NCBI RefSeq assembly: GCF_036365525.1
Contig: NC_090377.1
Location: 125,827,594-125,891,593, forward strand
DNA length: 64,000 bases
Source of the DNA: Heterodontus francisci
Lineage: Eukaryota
Direction of reading: 5' to 3'
Below are positions 13,093 through 24,967 of the stretch, piece after piece. The translations under genes and the position numbers were made by a program. The notes under the pieces are model-generated. The model had not been told where the DNA came from, made no database searches, and worked only from the letters and a program-made list of their open reading frames with translations. Numbering within the stretch: the first letter of the stretch is position 1; each line of letters opens with the position of its first letter.

Positions 13093-13359
13093 AGCTCGAT
13101 GCTCCGACCAACCTCAAGTTCAGAAACATTACAGAGACCTCGGCACTGGTGAGCTGGACACCGCCTCGAGCCAGGATTACTGGCTACCTCCTGACTTGGG
13201 GCCTGACGACTGAGGGGCAACCCACAACCGTCAACCTCAGGCCAAGTGCTACCCACTATCGTCTGTACAGGCTGCTGCCCGGGACTGAGTATGTTGTTGC
13301 TCTCACTGCAAAGCAAGACGACCTGTCCAGCCAGAAAGTCCACGATGTTTTAACAACTC
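13093..13359 (+). CDS. fn1: Fibronectin exon, FNIII-5 (KLDAPT motif)
   Basis: atcag|AG ... C|gtaagt; 267 nt; KLDAPTNLKFRNITETSALVSWTPPRARITGY. Confidence 0.96.
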
Positions 13360-14050
13360 GTAAGTTTTCCGCTCTCTGTCTGTTCTCACCTCCCTCCATC
13401 TTCACTTTTGACCTTTCTCTCCTTTTGCCATTGTTACACCATGATCCTTCCCTTAACACCCCCGCCGCCCCCCCCTCCACCCCCACCACCCCACCCGACT
13501 CTTCACCTGCTCTGACCCTTGGATTCTTACTGGGGCTAACCAACAACATCTAGTATCTCACTCAACAAACCATTCCACCAAGTGTGGAGCTTCAGCGTCA
13601 GTGTCAGGCTGCAGATTAACAGTAACAACTTGCATTGATATGGCGCCTTCAACTATGGAGAGGGTTGCCTTGCCCCACCCTCTGCGCCTAACTTCCTGCT
13701 GGCCAGTAAAGTTAGCAGGAACTTGTTCCAGTAAGCTGCATTGGGACGTGTGTTTGGCATCTGTGGCTCGATGCAAACTAGGCCGGGACCTCAAAATGGT
13801 GAACCTCCTGCTTCACACGGGCGACCGTACAATGTGCTGCCATCCCAAAGTCAATGTCGACCCCAGCGTGTGGTTGTGTGTCAGCCCACTGGTGGAGTGG
13901 TGAAGATTTGTGCAGACTGACCTCTTTCCCCCAACCTTTCTCAGGTCTGTGAGTGGAGCGGGTGCTGAGGGCAGGGGGAGAGGCAGGAGCCTGAGTAACC
14001 TCCTCCTCATCAATTACTGTCTTCAATCAGCTGATCCTTGTCCAAATGCT

Positions 14051-14759
14051 CAGAGGGCTGAATTTTATTCGCCCCTGGGTCGGGGGAACTGAACCAGGGG
14101 CCTAGTGAAATGACAGGCAGCAGAGTCAGGACGGCTCCCCGTCGCTGGCCAGCTGCCGGGGACGTTTCCCAGCAGCGGGCATGAGGCGGGCTGCGAGGTG
14201 GATCGGCTGCCTTCTCCACGGAGATGGGCAGCCAATTTGCATAATTAAAGGCCCTATTAATAGCCATTTTATGGGACCACTGGCATTTTGCCCACAGCTG
14301 AGCGAACTCTACCACATGGGGAAATCCACCAGTTTCAAGCAGGCAGCCTCGCTGCAGCAGCCCGGGGTCATGGCCAAAAGAGGGGGGTCACGGGCAGTCA
14401 AGGCAGCCCCCGTGCCACAATGATTCCCCCCCCAGAAGGGTTTGCTCTGCGATCGGCGGGGCCTATCAGTCTCAGCCACCCTGAATTTTAAGTTTTGCTT
14501 TCCCGTTTGAGGGTGTCTCCATTGTTGAGGGGCCCTCACGTTCTCCGACCTGCCTCAGCAGCACCCACCTCTCCCAGCGGCACTGCCGAGGCTTCAGTGC
14601 TGCCAGTCCTCTGGGCCTGCAGCATCAGGAGTCCGTCTACCATCCTTGGGCGACGAGCCTGTGGTAAAATGGCCGAGCCGGTCCCACTGCCAGCAAGTGC
14701 GAGCTCGGAACTGCTCTTCTCCCCACGCTGGGTTCCCAAAGGTAAAATTCAGCCCTCTG
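14051..14759. mobile_element. GC-rich MITE (PIF/Harbinger-like ends)
   Basis: Perfect 17-bp TIR cagagggctgaatttta / taaaattcagccctctg; no clear TSD. Confidence 0.7.
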
Positions 14760-14804
14760 TGTCCCTGATGATGGACTCCACTTACTTAGCCACAGCTGCT
14801 TTTT

Positions 14805-15720
14805 GTGGTATAAACGATTTGGATGTAAATGTAGGGGGCATGATCGAGAAATTTGCAGACGACAAGAAGATTGGCCGTGTAGTAGATAGCGAGGAGGACA
14901 GCTGTAGGCTGCAGGAAGATATTGATGGTCTGGTCAGATGAGCAAAAAAGTGTCAAATGGAATTCAACACGGAGAAGTGTGAGGTGATGCATTTGGGGAG
15001 GTCAAACAAGGCGAAGGAATACACAATGGGAAAATACTGAGAAGTGGAGAGGAAGTGAGGGACCTTGCAGTTAACATCTACGGATCCCGAAGGTAGCAGG
15101 ACAGGTCGATAAGATGGTTGAGAAGGCATATGGAATCCTTTCCTTTATTAGCTGAGGTATAAAATATAAGAGCAGAGAGGTTATGCTGGAACTGTATAAA
15201 TCATTGGTTAGGCCACAACTTGAATACTGTTTGCAGTACTGGTCACCTCATTACAGAAAGGATGTAACTGCACTAGAGGGTACAGGGGAGATTTACAAGG
15301 ATGTTGCCAGGACTGGAAAAATGTAACTATGAGGAAAGATTGGATAGGCCAGTGTTGTTCTCCTTGGAACAGAGAAGGCTGAAGGGAGATTTGATTGAAA
15401 TGTACAAAGTTTTGAGGGGCCTGAATAGAGTGGAGCTGAAGGGTCTGTTCATCTTAGCAGAAAGGTCAGTGACGAGGGAGCATAGATTTAAAGTGATTGG
15501 TAGAAAAATTAGAGGGGACCTGGAACTCACTGCCTGAAAGGGAAGTTGAGGCAGAAACCATCAACTCATTCAAATGGAGTCTGGACATGCACCTCAAGTG
15601 CCTAATCTGCAGGGCTACGGACCAAATGCAGGATGGTGGGATTAGAATAGGTGGATTGTTTTTCGGCTGGCACAGATACGATGGGCCAAGTGGCCTCTTT
15701 CTGTGCCTTAAACTTTCTGA
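14805..15720 (+). mobile_element. Decayed CR1 LINE (RT C-terminus + 3'UTR)
   Basis: INDLD..KFADD..RLQEDID, LEYC, LFSLEQRRLKGDLIE, with stops and frameshifts. Confidence 0.9.
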
Positions 15721-16452
15721 TACTAACTGGTGTCAAACTGATAGGTGTGCAACAACATTTACAATTTTATAGTTTTGCAAAGGTACAATTCCTGAATCTA
15801 GAGAGCTTTGGAATATTATAACTACTGCACCAGCAATTTCCTCACTTGTTGCTTGTAATTCTCTGAGGTGGAAATCATAGAGGGTTGTCTATCTTAAGTC
15901 CCATTATTTTCTCCATTACCATTTTAAAAAACTTATTTCTAAATCCACTATATTCCTCTTCTTGCCTTATTTTTAGTTTTCCTTGTACGGCTGGTATGTT
16001 GCTGTTTATTGTCCATTACATGAGTAAATTATTGGCAGCCAATTTAAAAACTGGCCAAGCCAGAATGATGGGGGAGGGGAGGGTTCATGACTCCTCCCTC
16101 CCACTCCAATTCAGCCAGTGCTTGTTGTTTAACACAAGGTCACAAAGAGATGTTGTGGTTGGCAATGCATTGCAAGCACTGGTCCCTTTCTATCTTATTG
16201 GGCTTTGTTTAGGCTGCACCAGCTAATAAGTTTGGCCAATGAGCCAGTGAATAAATCTGGTTTCTTCCACAGTCCAAACTTCCTAAGTGTGTGCCAAGGT
16301 CCAGTTTTCCAGGCTTGGAAATGGAGCTCGCGACCTGGGAGATTTATCAACCCATCGCCTGCACACCAACGCACCCCCTGCCCCCCAACACAAAAAGAAA
16401 CTAACTAAAGCCCATTAAATCTGAATTATTTTGCTCTATTTGTGTATTGCAG

Positions 16453-16547
16453 TGGAGGCTATGGGTCCAGGACCTAACTTTAACACGAAGGTGACCGATA
16501 CAGCTATCATAATCACCTGGACACCCATACCCAGGATATCGTTCAAG
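16453..16547 (+). CDS. fn1: Fibronectin exon, FNIII-6 first half
   Basis: tgcag|TG ... AAG|gtaagg; [32 protein letters not shown]. Confidence 0.93.
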
Positions 16548-16734
16548 GTAAGGGCGTCAAGGGTTTATTCATTTTGGAATGTATGTTCAATACGAAGAAC
16601 TTGAAAGGATGGTACCGGGTAGATAGAAGCAGACTGTTTCCAGTAGTTGCTGGGTTAAGACTGAGGGGACACAGGTACAAGATTAGTTAGAAAAGATTTA
16701 GAACAGAGGGTAGGAGAACTTCTTTGGTCAAAAA

Positions 16735-17128
16735 TGTGGCTCACTTGTTCGCATTCTGATCTTTGAGTCAGAAGGTTCAAGTCGGACTGCAGAGACTTCA
16801 ATGTGTAATCTGGGCAGTTGGAAGTGCAGTCTTTATGGATGATACATTAAACCAAGGGCCTGTCATCCCTCTCAAGGGGATGTAGAAAATCTCAGGGCTC
16901 TGTTTGAAGAAGAGCAGGGGACTTTCTCCTGATGTCCTGTCCAATACTTACCCCTCAGCCAACATCACTAAAACAGATTACCTGGTCGTTATCACCTTGT
17001 TTATGGGGCAAATATGTACAAATGTTTCTCACATGACCACTACAATTCAAAATTACTTAATTGGCCGTAAAGTGCTTTGGGTCCTCCTGAGGTCAGGAAA
17101 GGCGCTATATAAATGCAAGTCTATTTTT
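16735..17128 (+). mobile_element. Deu-core SINE
   Basis: Family head, core and tail ending gcgctatataaatgcaagtc. Confidence 0.75.
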
Positions 17129-17229
17129 TAAAACTCAACGTAAATACCCAGGAAATGCTAATTGTTGGATGTGTTGTGAATTGTGCAATTGTTATATTTG
17201 GGTGGGGGTGAAATTGGACCTTGTTGTTT

Positions 17230-17515
17230 TGATGAAGGGTTTGAAAGAATAAATAGGAGGGAACTGTTTCCATTGGCTGGAGGGTGGGTGACTGAAGGAC
17301 ACAGATTTAAGATAATTAGCAAAAGAGTCAGAGGGGGAGCTGCGTTTTTTGTATTCGGTGAGTTGTTGTGATTTGGAATGCACTGCCTGAAAGGGTAGTG
17401 GAAGCAGGGCGATGGGGAAAGACAGGGGAGTGGGATTAATTGGAGAATTCTTTCAAAGAGCCAGCACAGCTACAATGGGCCAAGTGGTCTCCGCCTGTGT
17501 TGTGTGACTCTGATT
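17230..17515 (+). mobile_element. CR1 3' fragment
   Basis: LFPL..GHRFK..WNALP remnants and tail. Confidence 0.7.
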
Positions 17516-17546
17516 GTCTTTCGCCATCCCATTTTATTCTCATTAG

Positions 17547-17715
17547 GTCGGAGTGCGGCCCTCCCAAGGCGGAGAAACCCCTCGAGAAGTGACCAGTGAC
17601 TCCGGGAGCATTATCATCTCCAGCCTCATCCCTGGCACAGAGTACACCATTTCCATTACAGTGCTGGCGAATGACGAGGAACGGGACAGTCCCATCACCA
17701 AGAAAGTGACCACTG
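17547..17715 (+). CDS. fn1: Fibronectin exon, FNIII-6 second half
   Basis: attag|GTC ... G|gtgagt; [33 protein letters not shown]. Confidence 0.95.
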
Positions 17716-17794
17716 GTGAGTCTGTCACTGACCGCAGTCTCTCCAAAAAGGGAGTTTTCAACTTTTCACCCACTGAGTAATGTGCATACAGCAA

Positions 17795-18145
17795 TTCGAA
17801 GCTGATGGCCTCATTCCTCCCTATCCCTGTAACCTCCTCAGGATCTCTGTGCTCCTCCAGTTCTGGTCTCCTGCACATTTCTGATTTCCTGTTGCTCCAA
17901 CATTGGAAGCTGTGCCTTAAGTTCTCTAGGCCTAAGCTCTGGAATTTCCTCCATTATACGTTTCTGCCTCTACCTCTCGCCCCTCCTTTTAAGATGCTCC
18001 TTGAAGCTTACCTCTTTGGCGAAGTTTTTGGTCCCTGTCCTAATATCTCCTTATATATTTCAGTGTCACATTTCGCCTGATGACTCTCCTGAGAAGCGCC
18101 TTGGGCTGTTTACTATATGTACCCTATATAAATGCAAGTTATTAT
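17795..18145 (+). mobile_element. L2 LINE 3' fragment
   Basis: LCSSSSGLL..PKLWN remnant, tail ctatataaatgcaagtt. Confidence 0.7.
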
Positions 18146-18622
18146 CATGTTCCCAGGCCCAAGTCAAATGCACTGATCTTACTGTGAACAAAAACTCTTG
18201 ACAACACTACCAATATCAGTCTAGTGGTGGCAATGGCACAAGCACATAGAATCATAGAATGATATAACACAGGAGGCCGCTCAGCCCATCGTGCATGTGC
18301 CAGCTCTTGTGTTGCCTTGTTTAATACTAGTCTGCTGTTGTTCTTGCCCAGCCCCTCCTCGCAGCCCCAAGCCTTTCTACCCTCCCTGTCAATTGCCAGA
18401 CTCTGATCACACCCCACCCCCCTCCTCCCCCCACCAAACACCGATACTTCCCTACTACTGGGAATACCTCCTTACTTGGCTTGGTGTCCAGTTTTGTCTG
18501 ATGATGCTCCTGTGAAGCATCTGGAGATGTTTCTACTATGTTAAAGATGCTATGTTAATGCCAGTTGTTATTGGTGTAGTTGCCAACTGTGTGACCTCTC
18601 TCTCCTTTGTGTGTCTATGTAG

Positions 18623-18709
18623 AACTCTCCCCACCTACCGACTTACAAGTCCATTCCAATCCCAATACTGGTGAACTGACGGTGTCTTGGCAAGAGGGAC
18701 CATCACCAG
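18623..18709 (+). CDS. fn1: Fibronectin exon, FNIII-7 first half
   Basis: tgtag|AA ... G|gtacag; ELSPPTDLQVHSNPNTGELTVSWQEGPSP. Confidence 0.94.
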
Positions 18710-19170
18710 GTACAGGCCGACAAAGAGTTGGGTTCTCTTATTGTTTTCGATAGGGTTGGGGGAGGGGGACGTTTTCACGTGGGAGCCTACAGGAATAATA
18801 GTTGTCCGACGTACATCTGTGTATCACCTTTATCACTGGAGCCAGAACAGCCACTGCAGCTTCTTAAATGTCCTCCCCAGCTTAAAAAAAAAAGTCAGGG
18901 TTCGTGTCTCCAGTCAGAACCATACCTGGCTCAAGTGCTCCTCTCAAGAATGCGCAGTTACAGTTTGGCTCCTTAAAGGGTCACCCACCTTCCCTTTAAC
19001 AGCGGAATAATACTCGGGTGCCATGTTCCTGCCATTTTCCTACAGACTGAGCGTCGTGCTCATTGTTTTACCAGTACACATCGCCCATTCTTCTAGATGA
19101 AGGCCATTTTGTACCATTTTCTGTCACATCTGGGTATTGGGTTTAAGCTGATGAGGTTTGAATATTCTAT

Positions 19171-19266
19171 GATAAAAACAAGAAATGCTGGAACCACTCA
19201 GCAGGTCTGGCAGCATCTGTGGAAAGAGAAGCAGAGTTAACGTTTCGGGTCAGTGACCCTTCATCG
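19171..19266 (-). mobile_element. Penelope-like element terminal fragment
   Basis: aaaaacaagaaatgctgg..cagcatctgtgga..gttaacgtttcgggtc; flanked by 11-bp direct repeat gaatattctat (19160-19170 / 19267-19277). Confidence 0.7.
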
Positions 19267-19853
19267 GAATATTCTATATATTTTTCTGCTGTTTTCCATC
19301 CTCCCAGCTTCAAATTTTAATATCCCAGCATGTCGGGATGAAGAGGATGGTGTAATGCCATACAATGCCACTTTCCTCACAGGGCTTCCTCCCGGCATAA
19401 TCACTGGCTATTATCCATACCAGCCTGCGGCCCTGGCCAGATATTTTCTCCGCCTACTCTGCCCAACCCAACCTTCCCACCCACTACTTGCCATTAGCTG
19501 TCCTGTGCCAGAAAATGGCAGCTTTTCACCCTCAGGGGCCGTCTTCCCCACCGTGCCACCTCACGGCTACCGTTGCGTTCTCGCAAGAGGGTGTTCCTAG
19601 ATGAATATTCCAGACAGCGTAACTTCAAACCCCACCAGGGTAGTTTGAAAATTTGAATTCGGGTTGGAAAAAAAAAAACCTGGACCACGAAAAGTGAGCA
19701 TGAAGCTATCAGATTATGACCAAAGCTCATAGGCCCACATTTCTCCTGCTTCTGAATTATTTTAAATACTCCCGAGTAGATTGTGCTTCTATTTTGACAG
19801 CAATGTTCTTGTGCTTGTGTGTCTGTCTGTGTATTTGTGTGTGTACACTGTAG

Positions 19854-20045
19854 ATATCACTGGCTACCGGGTGACCTGTGCTCCAAGACAAGGCCAACAG
19901 GGCAACCTGCTGGAGGAATTTGTTGCAGCCGGACAATCTTCCTGGACTCTGGAGAACCTGAGTCCTGGCATTGAATACAACGTCAGCGTTTACACCCTCA
20001 AGAACGGCATGGAAAGCCTTCCGGTATCCACGGTGATAACGCAAG
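19854..20045 (+). CDS. fn1: Fibronectin exon, FNIII-7 second half
   Basis: tgtag|AT ... G|gtaatt; [24 protein letters not shown]...[13 protein letters not shown]. Confidence 0.95.
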
Positions 20046-21090
20046 GTAATTGAGAGCAGCCATGATGGTTTGGCAGCCATGACGGTTGTTGTGTTTTTTT
20101 TTAAATGTAGGTGTAAGGACTGAGACTGGGACATACCACGAACCTGCACAGGAAGCCCTTACCTTAGCTTCTGAACCTTCATGCTTGCTTTCTCTCGACG
20201 CCACATTTGAAGCACTTTATTTTCATGCTTATATTGCAGATGCCAACATCACAAAATGGCTTCCATTGAGAGCTGCATTTCTTTTATTTGCTTCAGTTTA
20301 AAAAAAAATCCATTGCAGTGTGCTCCACCTTTCACTAACTTTGATCATTCAGTAATTGAAAGCTTTCCATTACTGGTTGTAAAGGTGATATGAAAAAGCT
20401 TCTAACTTTATAGTGGTATTTCAAACGGGAAGAGCAAACGGAGGATATATGCTTAGGGGCCATCAGGAGCTCAGATAGAAAAGGCAAGCGTGATGAGTTA
20501 ACAGGCTGGAAAAGGTCCCGGGCTCAATGTCGGGGCCTGTGCTGGACCAGGTGACCTCAGCTGTTGGGAGCAGTTTCGTAAACGCCAGCGACTCGAGGCA
20601 AAATGGACGGGTTTCCCTGCTCCTCGGCAGCTGTCTTCTGCTGGAAAATGCAGGTCTGTGTGGCTTGAGGCAGGGGCTGGGTGGGTGAGAGGGGCAGGGA
20701 CTGAATGGGAGGAACAAAATGGCCTCCTGGCACCCAGTGTGGACAAGAACGGCCATGTTGGGCAAGGCAACCAGCACTGGCTGGAGCCACACCTCACGAT
20801 AAGGCCTTCAGGCGAAGAGGGAAGGAAAGAAATTTATTTACACAAAAATTAGTATTTCTAGGAAATAATACAAAAACCTCACACTGTTAGAGAACGTGCA
20901 TAGTACTGAGGGCTTGTATTCCACCTGCATTAAAATTAAGGGGGGGGGAATCCCATTGCATATCACCTTTTGAATGCTTGTAACTTTTGCAGTTAAATCA
21001 TCTTTTTAGAACAAAATCATGCTGTTCCATTTTTGGTTTTCCTTTTTTTTTGCACCTTTAATGCTTCATTGTTGCCCTTTAACTAACCAG

Positions 21091-21363
21091 AAATCCCCCA
21101 ACTCACTGACCTCACCTTCGTTGATGTAAGCGACACAACCATCGGCCTGAAATGGAGCCCGCTTAACTATTCGGCCATTACTGGCTACCGCATCACTGTC
21201 ATAGCGTCGGGAGAGTCCGTTCCCATTTTTGAAGACTTTGTGAGCTCGTCGACGGGATACTATACTGTGCAAGGCCTGGAGCCCGGGATAGATTACGACA
21301 TCAGTGTTATCACCCTGATAGAGGGTGGTGAGAGTATCGCGACCACTCGAAAACAGCAAACCG
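21091..21363 (+). CDS. fn1: Fibronectin EDB (EIIIB) cassette exon
   Basis: aaccag|AA ... G|gtgaat; 273 nt; [12 protein letters not shown]...PIFEDFV...[21 protein letters not shown]. Confidence 0.96.
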
Positions 21364-21584
21364 GTGAATTTTCTTTCAGCTCATTTTTTAAAAAATCTCC
21401 TCTGTTGTTTTCCTCTCCCAGTGCTACACGCTTTCCCGGAGGTTGGTAGCCTATCTCCCCTCGGTGAGCTCTTGCCATCTTACTGCCAACTGAATGTGTG
21501 TAGCGCTGGGCAACTTTCTCTCTCTCTCTCTTTTTCCACCCATTCCCCGGACCCCGCCCCCGCCTCCACCACCGACCCCAGGTG

Positions 21585-22901
21585 TGCATGAGATCAGTTT
21601 GAACCTGCGATTGATGTCAACGGGTAATGCATGCTGGGAGTGGTGGCCATGATGGTGATCCAGAACAAGAGAGCATAAACTTCAAACCAGAGCTAGGGGA
21701 CCATGGGAGGAAGCAGTTCTTCACACAAAGGGTAGTGGAAATCTGGAACTCTCCGCAAACCCCCACCCCCCTTTAAAAAAAAGAGCTGTTGAAGCTCGGG
21801 ATCAATTGAAAATTTCAAAATGAGATTGATAGATTTTTGTTAGGAGTGGGTATTCATGGATGCGGAACCAAGGTGGGTAAATGGAGTTAAGAAATAGAGC
21901 ACCTAAGATCTGACTGAATAGGGAAGCAAGGCTGAATGGCCTCCTGTGCTCCCTTTTTATTCGAAAGCAGTTTAAAAAATGTAATTTGGGGATCTATTGA
22001 AACAAGAGTTTTATGGTCCTCTCCCCCTTCCTAGGTGTCTCCCTAGGTGCCAGCTCTGCCTTGGTAGCACTCTTGCATCTCAGTCACAAGGCTGTGGACT
22101 CAAGTCCCCACTCCAGAGACTTGAGCACAAAATCGAGTGCTACACTGTCCGAGGTGTCACCTTTCGGATGAGACTTTAAGCCGAGACCCTCTCGGGTGGA
22201 AATAAAAATAAAATGCCATGGTGCTATTTCAAACCAGTGCAGTGTAGTTCTCCCCAGTGTCTTAGACAATATGTATCCCTCAACCAACATCGCTAAAACA
22301 AAATAGGTTGGTCATTGTGGCTTGTGGGATCTTGCTGTACCTGAATTGGCTGCTGTGTTTCCTAAGTTACAATGGTTACTACACTTCAAAATATTACCTA
22401 ATTGGCTGTAAAGCACTTTCGGATATCCCGAGGTGGTGAACTGTGCTATATAAATGCAAGTTCTTTCCCCATTTTAATACGCCGACGTAGATTGGAGTGA
22501 GTTTGACTGCTTACAAGTGGAGACATCTGAAGTGGGAGAGATTGGATTCTTCCTACGGAACACCCTGTGCTAAATCTTGTCTTTGCTGTTTATTCAGCAA
22601 ACCTAGACCTGGTTGGTGGGGGGTGGAGGAGGAGAGGGCCCACTTAATGGAGCAAGGAAATGGGTGGGGGGATGTAAACTCTCAAATGCACAGTGGCCAA
22701 GAGACTGGGTATAATTTCCAGGTCTTTTCTCTGAAAATGTGGCCCCATAGGGAATATTTGGCAATGGAACTACCCTGCCCTGACCCTGAGACCTGACATC
22801 CCAACCTGAGGTACAAGAGAGGCGAATGCGCCCAGTGTTTGGAAGCGTGTGTATGTGCGTGTGTGTGCATGCAAACCCAACGGTCCTACCTCAAATGCAT
22901 G
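21585..22901 (+). promoter_or_regulatory. Rbfox-type TGCATG intronic splicing enhancers downstream of EDB
   Basis: TGCATG at 21585, 21628, 22866 and 22896; the same motif in the same intron regulates mammalian EIIIB. Confidence 0.7.
22048..22465 (+). mobile_element. Deu-core SINE (preceded by CR1 3' piece ~21690-21950)
   Basis: Family head, core and tail. Confidence 0.8.
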
Positions 22902-22984
22902 GGGCACATGTCTGTGCAGCTCCACCATTCGGCTCATACCAAGAGCTGCCAGTGACGTGGCACACCTTTCCATTTTCTCCCTAG

Positions 22985-23170
22985 CGGTTCCGCCTCCCAC
23001 CAACCTACGCTTCACCAATGTGGGACCAGACACCATGAGGGTCAGCTGGTCCGCACCTGCCTCCATCGACCTCACCAATTTCCTCGTGCGCTACAGCCCA
23101 GTGGGAGACCAGGAGGAGGGGACCACAGACCTCACCATCACACCTTCCAACAGCATGGTCATACTGACAG
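22985..23170 (+). CDS. fn1: Fibronectin exon, FNIII-8 first half
   Basis: cctag|CG ... G|gtaagg; [22 protein letters not shown]...[13 protein letters not shown]. Confidence 0.96.
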
Positions 23171-23254
23171 GTAAGGGGCAGAGAGTGATGCGCAGGCTCT
23201 GGAAACGACATGTGCATGTGTCAGTGTGTGCACGGATGTGTCTGCGTGTGTGTG

Positions 23255-24087
23255 TGTTATAATCCCGTGCAGACCAGCAGCAAAACACAAGATTTGAATC
23301 TGACTAATCCCAATTTAGGAAACAAAACCCAAACGGATAAGATTTCACTTTTATAAATTTTACTTTAACACTCAAACCAAAACCAACATAAATGTAACAT
23401 GAGCTATCAGTGAAATTATGGTTAATATATATCTTAAAGGTTATACACGTTAACTATCAGATGCAACAAGGATGCATCTCAAAGCCGAACCATCACAATG
23501 TCCTTCAGATCTTTGAACTTTTCAAGTCGGTCTCCAGATCCTGTCTCCCAAGTTGCAAACGCCGATTTCCACTCGATGGCAGTTCCTCTGCAATCTGAAC
23601 CCCACCAATTCCGTCTGCACTAAAACTGTGCACCCTCCTGGAACTTCTGCAGTTTTGCTCACAACAGTCCTGGTGATATAGCTTCACTGATCACGCTTTA
23701 CGTAACTCTGTAAGGCACCAATATCAACAATAGCAACTTGTATTTTCCAAGGGTCAGCTCCCAGAAAACTGGATCCAATTCAAAGATCTTGTTTGTCTTT
23801 TTAAACAACAACTCCCAGCTTTGCAACTGGTTTTACCGCACCACACCCCCCTGCCCCCACCACCCCCACAGAGCCTTCTTGTAAAACTGAAACCTAAACT
23901 CCAATCACATGTCGCTCTGGTTAAAAAGTATTTTGTTGGCCTGGTTCTGACCTCCCAGAAGGCTGAGGCTTCTAATTTCTTTTTCAAATCCGTGTCTGTC
24001 TCAAAAAAAGATGCTTTAAATCCAAAGTCACAGTGCCCAACAGATCAGCTGCACAGAACGCAGTCTGCACATGAGGACTCCATCACA
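23255..24087. mobile_element. Probable solo LTR
   Basis: tgttat...atcaca ends, gtgtg on both flanks, interrupts a TG-rich tract. Confidence 0.5.
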
Positions 24088-24877
24088 GTGTGTATGTGTA
24101 CTTGCATGGATGCATAGATGTCAATGTGTGTGTTTGTGCATGTGGTTGAGTTTAGACCTTTGGTAAATGTTGTTCTCAGTGGACTATGAGGCAATGCTTT
24201 GCAATGCGGCATGGGCCCATTTGTCATATCTTTTGCGCTAGGTCTCACCTTGCAACGTGACAATGATCCCGCCTCCTGACAAATAGCACGTGATGCCGAT
24301 ATTAATGTCCCATATGACCCGGCCCCCCGGGATCTTCAAAGCTTTCCAGTCGTTTCCATGGGAATGCGACCAAATGAGAAAAGGTCACTCAGCCCATCGA
24401 TCTCTCTGCAGCAGAGGCCTTATCATGGACATGACCCAATCCCTGAATCTCCTGAAGGAAACTCTCCATCCCGAGATCTCCGTATTCAACCCAGGTCTGC
24501 AGCCGGACACCGACATCACAGGCCTGCCCCTCCAGCATGCGTAGTGGTACTGGAGCCCACTGTGTCCACTGGACCAGTGCATCATCTAGGTCCATCCCTT
24601 TAACTTCCCATCCCAGTAGCCTGATCAAGCAGTTCATTAGCATTGGCATCAGCTCCCTTTGCTGGGAGCCTATTCCAAGTGTGCCCCCGCTACTCCTGCA
24701 GGTGCCTCTGGGAGAGGAGAAGGCTGGATCTCACTCGGTCAGCCTTTCCACTCTCCCCCGGGTCACCCTGAGTGCTGGTATCTGATTATGTAGAATAGAA
24801 CTATTTGGTCTTTTATTTTGTTTGCTTTGGTGGGGCCTACATTTTGATCTAATCTGAAGCCATTGACTGTTCCTCAG

Positions 24878-24967
24878 GGCTCCAGCCTGGTACTGAATAC
24901 CTGGTGAAGGTCTACTGTGTGATTGATCAGAGGGAGAGCATTCCGCTGACTGGAACTCAGCGAACAG
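24878..24967 (+). CDS. fn1: Fibronectin exon, FNIII-8 second half
   Basis: ctcag|GG ... G|gtaact; [30 protein letters not shown]. Confidence 0.95.

Noticed and set aside
19148-19156. ctgatgagg as a sense-strand hammerhead core
   Set aside because: No stem II or correctly placed GAAA follows.
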